From positions 917,583 through 981,582 of the forward strand of contig OY762069.1 in the NCBI GenBank assembly GCA_963665095.1: DNA of 64,000 bases, written 5' to 3'. Under the pieces are notes generated by a model. It was not told the origin of the DNA. It saw only the letters and a list, made by a program, of their open reading frames with translations, and made no database searches. This document shows positions 54,873 through 64,000 of this stretch, in pieces (within the stretch, counting starts at the first letter, position 1; every line of letters starts with the position of its first letter). This DNA comes from an uncultured Desulfobacter sp. (GTDB lineage Bacteria; Desulfobacterota; Desulfobacteria; Desulfobacterales; Desulfobacteraceae). Position numbers and translations under genes: made by a program.

Positions 54873-57212
54873 ATGCGGAATATGAAAATTTTAGCTTTCC
54901 TTGATGTGGATATGCTTAATCTTGAAGAATTTCACCCGCGGTTTTTAACCAGGGGGACTATTACCTTCGGAGCAGTTCTGATTATGCTTGCCTGGGCTTT
55001 GTTTCTATTTCAGGTGGATAAAAACAAAAATGAACTGCTGGCCGGTCTCGAACGTGAACAAAAAAATCTGGCCGGTGTGCTGGGTGAAAACCTGTTCCAG
55101 ATCCTTGAACAGCGCCACACCATAGAGCTCTTTGCATCCAAGTGGTTTGATGGAACAAAAGAGCCTTCGAAAGATGTCACAGGGTTTCTTTATGGAGAAA
55201 GGACGTTTACCCGAATTGTTCTTTATGATCTGTCCGGCCAGGCCTTTTATGAATCTTCTCCCGGCGGCGGGAACCGGCCGGACAGGGTGAAAAAGCAGAT
55301 TGAAACGATGCTGGCCACAGGCCGGCCGGTCCTTATAATCAAGGAAAGTGATCCATCCAGCATATCCTGGCAGGTACCGTTCCTGTTCCCCATTAGAATT
55401 GGCGCCGGCATAAAGGGCGCTATGCGCCTGGAGTTGGATTTCGGATACTTTCTTAACCTCTTACAAAATATTGATATCGGTAGAACCGGAACGATAATAG
55501 TTCAATATGAGCCGGGTGAAGAGGTGGCCCGATTTGAAAGGGGAGGGCTTGTCGTTGGAGCATCGCCAATAAACAAAATGGTGGCCGGATCAATGACAGG
55601 GGATTCGGGTTTCGGCATTTTCAGACATTCTGATTTTGGAAATTGTTATTTAACATACCTGCACGTTCATGATACCCCTTTTTCTGTGACCATCGGCATC
55701 GGTCAGGAGGAATTTCTTTCCGATTTTAATCAGTATAGAACACGGCTGCTTGGGGTTTTGATCATCCTGACCACCTTAGGCCTTTCAGGCATTGTTCTTT
55801 TGTTTAAGATAATCAAGCGAACCCAGGCGTATATGGAGGCCCTATCCCTTTCCAATCAGAAAAACGAGCAGTTAATACAACAGCTTGAAAAAGAATATAA
55901 GGCATCTGAAAAAGCAGCCTCCCTTGACCCTTTAACCGAATTGTACAACAGAAATTTGTTTGTCTCCCTGGCCGGGAAAAGTCTGCTTCAGGCAAAGCGC
56001 AACAAATTTTCTTATGCCGTGCTCTTTATCGATCTTGACCGGTTTAAAAAGATCAATGATACCCTCGGCCACCATATCGGGGATCTGCTGTTGAAAGAGG
56101 TGAGCAGACGTCTGAAAGAGTGTACCAGGGAATCAGATATTGTTGCCAGATTCGGAGGAGATGAATTTGTTGTAATGCTCACTGAGATGGCCAGGGAACA
56201 GGATATTTCCACGGTGGTAAAAAATATTACGGCCACCCTTTCCAAGCCTTGCCCGGATCTGGACGGCCATCAGATCATCACAAGTCCGAGTATCGGTATT
56301 GCTGTCTATCCCAGAGATGGCGAGGACATTGAAGCGCTTTTGCTCAATGCGGATGCAGCAATGTATAAAGCCAAAAAATCGGGCCGGGGGCAGTACCGCT
56401 TTTTTGATCCCGGACTGAATACTGTATCAGTTGAAAAGTTTGCCCTTGAACAGCGCATGCCTTCAGCCATCATCAGTGGAGAGTTTGTTCTTCACTATCA
56501 GCCTAAAGTGCGTATGCATGATTACCGGGTGGTCGGGCTCGAAGCCCTCATACGTTGGCAGCATCCTGATCATGGCCTGATTTTTCCATTGGATTTTATT
56601 CAGATTGCGGAAGAGACGGGACTGATTACAGATCTTGGGGCCTGGGTCGTGGAGGCTGCCTGCCGGCAGTTGGCCGACTGGCGTGCTTCCGGGTTGGAGC
56701 TTATGCCCATTGCTGTGAATGTGTCTCCCCTTGAACTCAAAGACGGGGAATATGCAGGCCGGTTTCAAAGAATTCTTGAACTGTATGATATCCCGCTTAC
56801 ATATATTGAAATTGAAGTGACTGAAAACGCATTTATTGACGACAGGGAAATAGTCATCACTAACCTCAAGGCGTTGTTTGACAGGGGCGTTAAAATTTTC
56901 CTGGATGATTTTGGTACGGGATTTTCAAGTCTGGATCATATCCGGCTGCTTCCAGTAAATTCGCTTAAAATCGACCGGAGCTTTATCCAGGATATCCGGC
57001 ACAGTTACCATGACAATCCCATTGTATCTTCAACCATTATTCTGGCAAAAAAGCTGAACTTAAGCGTTGTGGCCGAAGGCGTTGAAACCAACGATCAGTT
57101 GGTCAGCCTCAGAGTGGCCGGATGCGAACAGGTTCAGGGGTACCTTTTCAGCCGCCCGGTTCCTGAAACAGAAATCCGCGAATTTCTCATTTCGCCTATA
57201 AGGAGGATATGA
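54873..57212 (+). CDS. membrane-anchored sensor GGDEF-EAL protein
   Basis: Two TM segments flank a periplasmic-type domain. GGDEF is at RFGGDEFVV and EAL at GLEALIRW, and DDFGTGFSS is present. Confidence 0.9.
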   Translation: MRNMKILAFLDVDMLNLEEFHPRFLTRGTITFGAVLIMLAWALFLFQVDKNKNELLAGLEREQKNLAGVLGENLFQILEQRHTIELFASKWFDGTKEPSKDVTGFLYGERTFTRIVLYDLSGQAFYESSPGGGNRPDRVKKQIETMLATGRPVLIIKESDPSSISWQVPFLFPIRIGAGIKGAMRLELDFGYFLNLLQNIDIGRTGTIIVQYEPGEEVARFERGGLVVGASPINKMVAGSMTGDSGFGIFRHSDFGNCYLTYLHVHDTPFSVTIGIGQEEFLSDFNQYRTRLLGVLIILTTLGLSGIVLLFKIIKRTQAYMEALSLSNQKNEQLIQQLEKEYKASEKAASLDPLTELYNRNLFVSLAGKSLLQAKRNKFSYAVLFIDLDRFKKINDTLGHHIGDLLLKEVSRRLKECTRESDIVARFGGDEFVVMLTEMAREQDISTVVKNITATLSKPCPDLDGHQIITSPSIGIAVYPRDGEDIEALLLNADAAMYKAKKSGRGQYRFFDPGLNTVSVEKFALEQRMPSAIISGEFVLHYQPKVRMHDYRVVGLEALIRWQHPDHGLIFPLDFIQIAEETGLITDLGAWVVEAACRQLADWRASGLELMPIAVNVSPLELKDGEYAGRFQRILELYDIPLTYIEIEVTENAFIDDREIVITNLKALFDRGVKIFLDDFGTGFSSLDHIRLLPVNSLKIDRSFIQDIRHSYHDNPIVSSTIILAKKLNLSVVAEGVETNDQLVSLRVAGCEQVQGYLFSRPVPETEIREFLISPIRRI

Positions 57213-57213
57213 A

Positions 57214-58110
57214 ATGAATGTATACGTTACCAGACGCTTGATTGTATTCATCTGTCTTTTATTGTCTTTTTCTTCTGCATTTGCACAACCTTCTTCAGCG
57301 GATCCCTCTTCCGACGTTCTCTATTTTTCATTGATTCCTAAAAAAAACATTGACCAGCAGATTAGGGAATTAGCCCCTTTGATTGATCTTTTAGAAAAAC
57401 AATTGCAAAAATCCATTAAGATTATCCGGCCCCAGTCCTATAATGCTGTCATGGAAGGGATACTCTCCAAAACAATTGATTTCGCCATCCTCGGCCCGGC
57501 CTCCTATGCCAAGGCAAGGGCAAGGGACAGCCGGATAGAGGCGTTTGCATCCTTTTCCAGAAAAAAGGGGTTCATTACCCCCGAAGGAAGCTATTATTAT
57601 TCAGTGCTGTTTACTTTGAAAAAAAACAGATTTAAATCGATTGAGGATTTAAAGCAAAAAAAAATTGCCCTGACAGATCCGGAAAGTACGTCTGGATCTG
57701 TCATACCCAACATGGCATTTTCAAAACATCTCGGTACCTCCCTGAAAGATTTTTTTGAAACCATTGTCTATACAGGGTCTCACGATCGTTCTATTCAATC
57801 AGTCCTGCGCGGGCATGTGGATGCGGCCTTTGTCTCTTCTTCCCGTATTGATGAGGCGGTTGAAAAAAAGGTTCTTGCTCCTGAGCAGGTAGAGATCCTG
57901 TGGCAATCCCAACCCATTCATCACGATCCTTTTGTATTCAGCAGTAAAGTGGACAATTCCTTGAAAAATCAGATAAAAAAAGTCATGTTATCGTCACAGC
58001 CCTGCCTTAACGCCATGTTGGAAAACATGCATATGGCGGGCATTGTGGCGGTTTCTGATGAAAACTATCAGGCAATTCATGAAATTGTTTCCATACAAAA
58101 CCGCCAGTAA
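57214..58110 (+). CDS. PhnD-like (phosphonate/phosphite-type) periplasmic substrate-binding protein
   Basis: Signal peptide, then ..YFSLIPKKN.. / ..DFAILGPASY.. / ..TDPESTSG.. . No ABC permease or ATPase gene is adjacent. Confidence 0.7.
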   Translation: MNVYVTRRLIVFICLLLSFSSAFAQPSSADPSSDVLYFSLIPKKNIDQQIRELAPLIDLLEKQLQKSIKIIRPQSYNAVMEGILSKTIDFAILGPASYAKARARDSRIEAFASFSRKKGFITPEGSYYYSVLFTLKKNRFKSIEDLKQKKIALTDPESTSGSVIPNMAFSKHLGTSLKDFFETIVYTGSHDRSIQSVLRGHVDAAFVSSSRIDEAVEKKVLAPEQVEILWQSQPIHHDPFVFSSKVDNSLKNQIKKVMLSSQPCLNAMLENMHMAGIVAVSDENYQAIHEIVSIQNRQ

Positions 58111-58474
58111 CAATTCAGCTCCAGTTTGACAATCCAGTTTACAGGCAGGCCCTCAAGAGAATATTGTCGGCCTGCAAGGCCAAAGAGAAACCAGGCTTTA
58201 TTTTTTCAGGAGAGCTGGATAACTCAATTGAACTCCTGAATAAAGGTTTTAGCGGTGTGGCCTATAGCATTGATGCCAAGATGCTTGCTGATGCCTATAA
58301 AAACCACTTGAAACTGATCCAGGATGGCTTGAACGAAGTCAAATAGATATAGCGGACAGGATGTACCTTATGTCCGGTAGGATCCCAGTTCAAGCATCCG
58401 GGTGACAGACATGGACTCCGCCAGGACCTTTTTCGTCCAGTCGTAGTCCAGCGGGTCAACGATCAGTGCCCGGA

Positions 58475-60325
58475 ACCCTAATCCACCATCAAAAAAATAA
58501 AAAACCCCGTTGTGCTTGATGGTTCAAGCAGATAGAGTATTTGTGCGAACAAAAAACTATCACCAACGGGGTGCAACAAACTATGCCACAGGGAATCTTA
58601 CCATTCAAGTACGAACAGGAAAAAACTGACGGAGGCTCAACTGCATTGGGTGGGCTGCCGCTTTATCTTGATTTGGCAAAAGTGATTGGGCTGACCAAAT
58701 CGATTCAAAAGCATTTAACCGTAAAGAAGGGCTCCCAGGGCTGGACAGACTCCCAGTTTGTATTGTCTGGTATCCTGTTGAACCTTGCAGGCGGCAACTG
58801 CGTTGACGATCTGAATATTTTAAATGCGGATCATGGATTTTGCAGGATACTACATTCAACTGAGAACTATAAGCTGCCACGCAAAGAGAGGCGTGAGATC
58901 GAACGAAGATGGCGCAAAGAGAAACAGCGATTTGTTCCTTCTGCTTCAGCCATGTTCAGATACCTGAAGGCCTTTCATGATGTCGCCCAAGAGCAGTTAC
59001 GCTCAGAGTCCTCAATCAAAGCTTTCATTCCGGCCTCTAACCGCCACCTTAAAGGTTTCGCGCATATCAACAAAGATATGTGTGATGCCATGAATGGGGC
59101 ACGTCCATGCATAACAGCCACTCTGGATCAGGATGCGACCCTGGTTGAGACAGGCAAACAGGAAGCAAGCTTCTGTTATAAAGGATTCAAGGCTTATCAG
59201 CCCTTCAATACATGGTGGGCTGAACAGAATATGATCCTGCACACTGAATTTCGGGATGGGAATGTTCCGGCAGGACACGAGCAATTAAGAGTTTTCAAAG
59301 AAGCCCTGGCCTGTTTACCCCAGGGAGTCGAAAAAGTCCGGCTCAGATCAGATACCGCCGGCTACCAACATGACCTCTTAAAGTATTGTGATTCAGCAGA
59401 CAACAATCGATTCGGGAGAATTGAATTTGCTGTTGGGTGTGATGTCACTCAATCATTCAAAATTGCCGTAGCCCAAGTTCCTTCCTCTGAATGGAAGCCG
59501 ATCTATAAAGAAATGAACGGTAAAAAAATGAAGACCGGCAGTGAATGGGCAGAAGTCTGCTTTGTCCCCTCAAGAATAGGGAAAAGCAAAAAAGGGCTTG
59601 AGTACCGTTATCTTGCCAAACGTCAGGTGCTTGAACCGGTTCTTCCAGGCATGGAAGACAAACAAATGCAATTGCCGTTTCCGACCATGGAGATGGATGA
59701 GCTCCGGTATAAAGTGTTTGGTATTGTCTCCAATATTCCGGAACAGGATATGTATGGAGAGGACCTTATCCACTGGCTGCACAAAAGATGCGGCAAAAGC
59801 GAGGAGGTTCACTCCATAATGAAAAAGGATCTGGCCGGGGGGACATTGCCTTCGGGTAACTTTGGAGAAAATGCAGCCTGGTGGTGGATGATGATCCTGG
59901 CGCTTAATCTAAACCAGATGTTGAAACGCTTGGCATTCGAGCCCCAAATGATGGGCAGAAGGATGAAAGCCATCCGGTTTTCAATTATCAATATCCCTGG
60001 TCGAATAGTAAAAAGGTCCAGAGAGTTGATCCTTAGGCTATCCAAAGGTCATCCTTGCTTTAACGTTTTAGTAGGAGCCCGAAAACGGATCGCCTTGCTG
60101 GAAGGGCTGTCGTCAGGATAACGGTTCTCAGGAGGTAACTGGATAATTTGTTGGAATTTTGAAAGGAATGGAAGTACAAAGGGGGACGTGCGTCTAAAAT
60201 TCTGTCCGAATTGTAGCGCGGACGCCGGTTATGCCAAAAGCCACGCACGCGGCTGGAAATTTTTTAAGAAAAAGCAAAAAATCCAGCCACGGAATGCCAC
60301 GTAAAAAATTGGCGGTGGATTTGGG
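58475..60325 (+). mobile_element. IS1380-family insertion sequence
   Basis: IRs are ACCCTAATCCACC.. / (rc) CCCAAATCCACC.. . The 4-bp direct repeat CGGA lies at 58471-58474 and 60326-60329. Confidence 0.8.
58583..60121 (+). CDS. IS1380-family DDE transposase
   Basis: MPQGILPFKYEQEKTDGGSTALGGLPLYLDLA.. is a family-typical N-terminus. The listed ORF starts at an upstream TTG (58541). Confidence 0.85.
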   Translation: MPQGILPFKYEQEKTDGGSTALGGLPLYLDLAKVIGLTKSIQKHLTVKKGSQGWTDSQFVLSGILLNLAGGNCVDDLNILNADHGFCRILHSTENYKLPRKERREIERRWRKEKQRFVPSASAMFRYLKAFHDVAQEQLRSESSIKAFIPASNRHLKGFAHINKDMCDAMNGARPCITATLDQDATLVETGKQEASFCYKGFKAYQPFNTWWAEQNMILHTEFRDGNVPAGHEQLRVFKEALACLPQGVEKVRLRSDTAGYQHDLLKYCDSADNNRFGRIEFAVGCDVTQSFKIAVAQVPSSEWKPIYKEMNGKKMKTGSEWAEVCFVPSRIGKSKKGLEYRYLAKRQVLEPVLPGMEDKQMQLPFPTMEMDELRYKVFGIVSNIPEQDMYGEDLIHWLHKRCGKSEEVHSIMKKDLAGGTLPSGNFGENAAWWWMMILALNLNQMLKRLAFEPQMMGRRMKAIRFSIINIPGRIVKRSRELILRLSKGHPCFNVLVGARKRIALLEGLSSG

Positions 60326-60912
60326 CGGAAATGAAACCGTTTTCCCTCAAGAAAAACACCGTGGGAGTCGTCTATATGGAGCTTGGAATTTACCCAGCTG
60401 GGTAGCTTGGATGGCTTTTTCTTCCCCCGCAGGTTCTGTATAAGCTTTTCATGCTTATCCTGGTTGATCACCAGATCCAGCTTAAGGCCGTAAAGACTGA
60501 ACAGTTTTTTGATGTATTTGGACTTGCGGTGGGAGGTGGTGTAGATTCCTATCTGCCAGCCGAGCTTTCGTAACTGCTTGAAAAGATCTACGGTTCCGTA
60601 GCGCAAGGGTTCCATGCGGAACCACCTGTGATGCCATGGCAGGGTCACAGGCTCGGTTGGGATATCCGGTTGCCAGCAGATGAGGGTGTCATCCAGGTCA
60701 AAGGTTATCAACAAAGGTCAACTCCATTTTCTATAATCTTTTCATACCTGATACTAATTATGCCAATTGTGTTAAGAAAATATTAGGACGATATTAGAAA
60801 CATGTTAATTTGACCGGGATAAAATTCAATGATTCTGTTTGGAAAGCCAATCTGAATTGACTCGCGCCCAGGTTTCGCATACATTTATACAAATCAGTTA
60901 CAGGAGGATGAA

Positions 60913-61896
60913 ATGAAAAAAACGAGCATATGCTTGCTGGTTACCCTCATGCTGCTGTTTTGGATCTCTTCGGCTATCGGGAAAACCCGAACCATAAAAC
61001 TTGGAACAATCGCTAAACCTGGATCACCCAACTACATAGCATCTGAGAAATTCAAGCGTCTGGTGGAGGAAAGGTCCGGCCAGACCTGCAAAGTTGAATT
61101 ATTTCACTCAGGTTCCTTTGGCAATGAAGTCCAGATACTCAACTTGCTGCAGACAGGCACCATCCATATAGCAGTGGCCACAACCGGTTCATTTGATAAT
61201 TTTGATCCCATGGTTCGGGTGATTAATTTCCCCTTTTTGTTTAAAGATCATGCCCAGGCATACGAAATCCTGGATGGCCCTATAGGGCAACAGATTCTGA
61301 AAAGCCTGGAGTCCTCCGGGTTCAAGGGACTCTGTTTTTCTGAAAACGGTTTCCGGCACCTGACCAATAACGTAAGGCCAGTCATTCATCCCGATGACCT
61401 GAAAGGCCTTAAAATAAGAGTGATGGTCTCTGAAATTCACAAAGCTGTCTGGAAAGGACTCGGAGCCATTCCTGTTCCCTTGCCATGGCCCATTGACAAG
61501 GAACTTAAGCAGGGGGTTGTTGATGGAGAGGAAAACCCCTTATCAATCATTGAAGTCTATAAATTCTACGAATCTCAGAAATACCTCTCCCTGACCAAGC
61601 ATGTTTATTCACCCCATATTGATGTGGCCTGCCTCTCCTGGTTCAACCAGTTGTCCGGAGAAGAGCAGAACATGATCACTACAGCCATGAAAGATGCTGC
61701 AACATACCAGCGTAAACTATCCAGGGAGCAGAACGCCGAACGTCTCGTTTTTCTAAAAGAAAAGGGCATGCAGATCACCATGGCTGTGGACGTTGACGCT
61801 TTCAGGAAAAAGGCAGCGGCAAAAGAGGTCATTGAGCAGTATTCAGATCCAAAGGTTCGAGCGCTCTTGTTTGACATATTAAAAGCCGTCAAGTAA
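60913..61896 (+). CDS. TRAP transporter substrate-binding protein (DctP family)
   Basis: Signal peptide, then ..GSFGNEVQILNLLQTGTIHIA.. / ..ENGFRHLTNN.. . No dctQM genes are adjacent. Confidence 0.8.
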   Translation: MKKTSICLLVTLMLLFWISSAIGKTRTIKLGTIAKPGSPNYIASEKFKRLVEERSGQTCKVELFHSGSFGNEVQILNLLQTGTIHIAVATTGSFDNFDPMVRVINFPFLFKDHAQAYEILDGPIGQQILKSLESSGFKGLCFSENGFRHLTNNVRPVIHPDDLKGLKIRVMVSEIHKAVWKGLGAIPVPLPWPIDKELKQGVVDGEENPLSIIEVYKFYESQKYLSLTKHVYSPHIDVACLSWFNQLSGEEQNMITTAMKDAATYQRKLSREQNAERLVFLKEKGMQITMAVDVDAFRKKAAAKEVIEQYSDPKVRALLFDILKAVK

Positions 61897-61904
61897 TTTT
61901 TAAA

Positions 61905-61937
61905 GGTGTTCCTCCAAGGCAGAGGAACACCTTTTTT
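61905..61937 (+). terminator. rho-independent terminator (between convergent genes)
   Basis: GGTGTTCCTC caaggca GAGGAACACC, followed by TTTTTT. Confidence 0.8.
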
Positions 61938-61943
61938 AATCTC

Positions 61944-62789
61944 TCAGTACTCTTTGGGTGTCTGGTTCAGCTCTTCCAGAGTGAAAACCGGACCGTCCTT
62001 GCAGACCAGCTCTTTGCCGATATTGCACCGGCCGCACATGCCGATGCCGCATTTCATCCTGTTTTCAAGGGACATGATGATCTGGTCGTCCCGGTAGCCC
62101 AGGCTTTTCAGGGCGGGCTGGGTAAACTTGATCATGATGGGCGGCCCGCACACAATGGCATAACTGTCCGGTCCTGCTTCAGGAATTTTTTGCTCCACAA
62201 TGGCCGGGACAAAACCGGTATTGTATTTCCAGTCCGGGTCATCCGTGCCGTCCACCGTGATGTTCATGTTGATATCGTCTCTTTGTTCCCATTCATAAAG
62301 CTCATCCCGGTACAGCAGCATTCCGGGCGACCTGGCACCGTAGACCACATTGATGTTGCCAAATCTGGATCGGTTGGCAGTATCGAGAAGGAAGACAATG
62401 GATGAGCGCAGCGTGGTAAAGGCAAATCCGCCGCCAATGATGGCAATATTTTTGCCCTCAAGACGTTCCCAGGGAAATCCATTGCCCAAGGGGCCGCGGA
62501 TTCCCATGATGTCACCTGTTTTCATCTTATGAAGGTGGGCGGTTACCTTGCCTGTTTTAAACACAGTGAATTTGACAAAGCCTTGTTCCACTGGTGAAGA
62601 TGCGATGCCTATGGGGATTTCTCCCACACCCGGAATGGACAGTTCTGCAAACTGGCCGGCAGTATAGGCGAAATTTTTTTCATCCTCTGGATCCAGGAAA
62701 ACAAATTTAAAGGTCTTCAAAGATTTATCAACCGTGGCAACCTCAATATCATCAATTCTCACAGGGTAGGGGGTATAGGGATTTCTCAT
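61944..62789 (-). CDS. FAD/NAD(P)-binding oxidoreductase subunit with C-terminal [2Fe-2S] motif (AsrB / sulfhydrogenase gamma-like)
   Basis: Ferredoxin-reductase-type fold, and the cluster motif C..GIGMCGRCN near the C-terminus. Confidence 0.7.
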   Translation of the reverse strand: MRNPYTPYPVRIDDIEVATVDKSLKTFKFVFLDPEDEKNFAYTAGQFAELSIPGVGEIPIGIASSPVEQGFVKFTVFKTGKVTAHLHKMKTGDIMGIRGPLGNGFPWERLEGKNIAIIGGGFAFTTLRSSIVFLLDTANRSRFGNINVVYGARSPGMLLYRDELYEWEQRDDINMNITVDGTDDPDWKYNTGFVPAIVEQKIPEAGPDSYAIVCGPPIMIKFTQPALKSLGYRDDQIIMSLENRMKCGIGMCGRCNIGKELVCKDGPVFTLEELNQTPKEY

Positions 62790-63862
62790 ATTGTTTCTCC
62801 TGCCTTTGCTTCGAGTTGTGGCTCGTATGCATTCATCACATTACCGATGTGGCGGATGTCGATGTTTGCCGGACATTTTTCCACACACCGTCCGCACCCG
62901 ATGCACATGATTCCCATGTCATATTTTTCTTCAAAATATTTGAGCTTGTGCATGAACCGCTGTCTGAACCGGGTCACTTTGTCCTGTCTGGGATTGTGTC
63001 CGGATGCATGTTTGGTGAAAAGTGCGGGCATGCAGGAGTCCCAGTTTCTGATTCTGGCTACGGCTGTGCCATGGGTTTCATCCTGAATGTCAAAACACCA
63101 GCAGGTGGGGCAGACATAGGCGCAGGTGCTGCAGCTGATACATGAAAATGACAAATCTTCCCAGAATGGGGCGTTATACAGCTCAAGCACGGTTTTTTTC
63201 TTAATATTTTCCGTGTTGATGCTGCAGGAGACTGCCTCATGGGCCTTTGTTTTCATCTCCTTTATGGTTTGATCTGCTGCATCCTGATCAGCCAGGTCAT
63301 TAAACCCTGCAGTATCCAGAAAGGCTTTTCCTTTATCTGTAATAACTTTGGCAAGGTAATGGTCTTTGCAGTCCACCAGCAGCACATCCAGATCCTCTTC
63401 TTCAAATGGGCCGGACCCGGCGCTGGTGGAAAAATCAAAGATGGAAGGGGTGTTCACCGCAAGGCCCACAAAGGTGGTTGCCGTATAGGCATCACACCAG
63501 TACGGATCGCGGTACTCGTTGGTGTCGAAATTAAGTTTCACAAGCTGAACCGCTTTGGCATCACAGGGGTGAATGCCGATCACAGCCCGTGGGGAAAGGT
63601 CCTGTTCCGGCGGTGTCAAGATATGATGATCTGTGACAGATTCATCCAGAGAGGTCTCAAGAATCTTTTGGGTTTGCGGGAAAAGAATTGATTTCGGGGA
63701 AAGCGTTGAAAGGGTGTAATCCATGTCAGGATATACATCCGTACCAAGCAACTTGAATATGTGATGACTTTTATCTTTAACTGGGCCGAAAAGATTATAG
63801 TCCTCTCTGGCTTTATCTATTCCGCCGGCCCAGGATGCCTTGTCTATTTTTATTATTTCCAT
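62786..63862 (-). CDS. 4Fe-4S dicluster subunit (AsrA / sulfhydrogenase beta-like)
   Basis: CISCSTCAYVCPTCWC and CIGCGRCVEKCP. It overlaps the downstream FAD subunit gene by 4 nt. Confidence 0.7.
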   Translation of the reverse strand: MEIIKIDKASWAGGIDKAREDYNLFGPVKDKSHHIFKLLGTDVYPDMDYTLSTLSPKSILFPQTQKILETSLDESVTDHHILTPPEQDLSPRAVIGIHPCDAKAVQLVKLNFDTNEYRDPYWCDAYTATTFVGLAVNTPSIFDFSTSAGSGPFEEEDLDVLLVDCKDHYLAKVITDKGKAFLDTAGFNDLADQDAADQTIKEMKTKAHEAVSCSINTENIKKKTVLELYNAPFWEDLSFSCISCSTCAYVCPTCWCFDIQDETHGTAVARIRNWDSCMPALFTKHASGHNPRQDKVTRFRQRFMHKLKYFEEKYDMGIMCIGCGRCVEKCPANIDIRHIGNVMNAYEPQLEAKAGETI

Positions 63863-63913
63863 ACTGATATCCTTAAGAGATTTCGTTGTTTGTATACATA
63901 AAAAGCGGGTCGG

Positions 63914-64000
63914 CTATTTGATATATTCATTGGAATCATCCGGATTAAACGTATCCAGAGGGGGCCGCTTCTCAATATCACAACCTGCTTCCCACCCATA
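63914..64000 (-). CDS. 3' end of an upstream gene (28 codons; rest outside window)
   Basis: Open frame ..YGWEAGCDIEKRPPLDTFNPDDSNEYIK* reaching the window edge. Function not assignable. Confidence 0.35.
   Translation of the reverse strand, partial: YGWEAGCDIEKRPPLDTFNPDDSNEYIK

Larger units (their letters stand above)
58368..60714 (-). pseudogene. HAD-superfamily hydrolase gene split by IS1380
   Basis: The N-terminal part (60326-60714) carries motif I FDLDDTL. The C-terminal part (58368-58474) reads ..ALIVDPLDYDWTKKVLAESMSVTRMLELGSYRT*. The frame ..KRFHF|RALIV.. is restored by removing the IS plus one CGGA. Confidence 0.75.

Noticed and set aside
58164-58346. A 60-aa ORF between the SBP gene and the HAD remnant.
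   Set aside because: It looks like the C-terminal scrap of a longer gene, with no RBS and a TTG start. The evidence is insufficient to call it.
1-64000. Search for tRNA, rRNA, tmRNA or riboswitch-like conserved RNAs.
   Set aside because: Nothing resembling a tRNA cloverleaf acceptor/T-arm or an rRNA segment was recognised by eye. The structured RNAs found are all group II intron parts. A tRNAscan/Infernal run is still advisable.

Overview
The window comes from a chromosome saturated with mobile elements. Its gene content hints at a sulfate-reducer-like deltaproteobacterium, but that is inference only.

**~986-38926: integron cassette array.** This is a + strand gene-cassette array with at least 16 attC sites. 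They fall into two homogeneous ~125-bp attC families plus short 56-100-bp sites. No intI or attI lies in the window, so it is either a CALIN or the distal part of a sedentary chromosomal integron. Cassettes encode a KAP P-loop NTPase, a Fic protein, a GIY-YIG protein, two VOC/glyoxalase proteins, ClbS/DfsB and five type II TA pairs. Each TA pair has its own sigma70-like promoter with the ATG exactly 6 nt after the -10 box, a leaderless design.

**Parasitism of the attC sites.**
- Three group II intron lineages are present in 8 copies. Only 2 copies have an intact RT; the rest are ORF-less or degenerate. Each lineage uses a different attC position or strand.
- Two tyrosine-recombinase + IS91-like (Y2 HUH) elements abut the GAAC of attC R''.
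- A third IS91-like transposase has an in-frame TGA at a conserved Cys, followed by a SECIS-like hairpin.
- Nested insertions occur: attC > intron > IS21 > TniA/TniB-like element, and attC > ORF-less intron > IS66.

**39.7-49.7 kb: IS graveyard.** It holds an IS110 gene split by IS3, IS1634-like and IS4-like remnants, and a second TniA/B-like module.

**49.8-64 kb: ordinary chromosome.** Genes include an aminotransferase, an NhaD/LysR pair, a GGDEF-EAL protein, a TRAP SBP and an FeS/FAD oxidoreductase pair. An IS1380 is inserted in a HAD hydrolase gene.

No rRNA, tRNA or CRISPR array was seen. All element boundaries come from by-eye comparison of repeated copies and should be taken as +/- a few nt.
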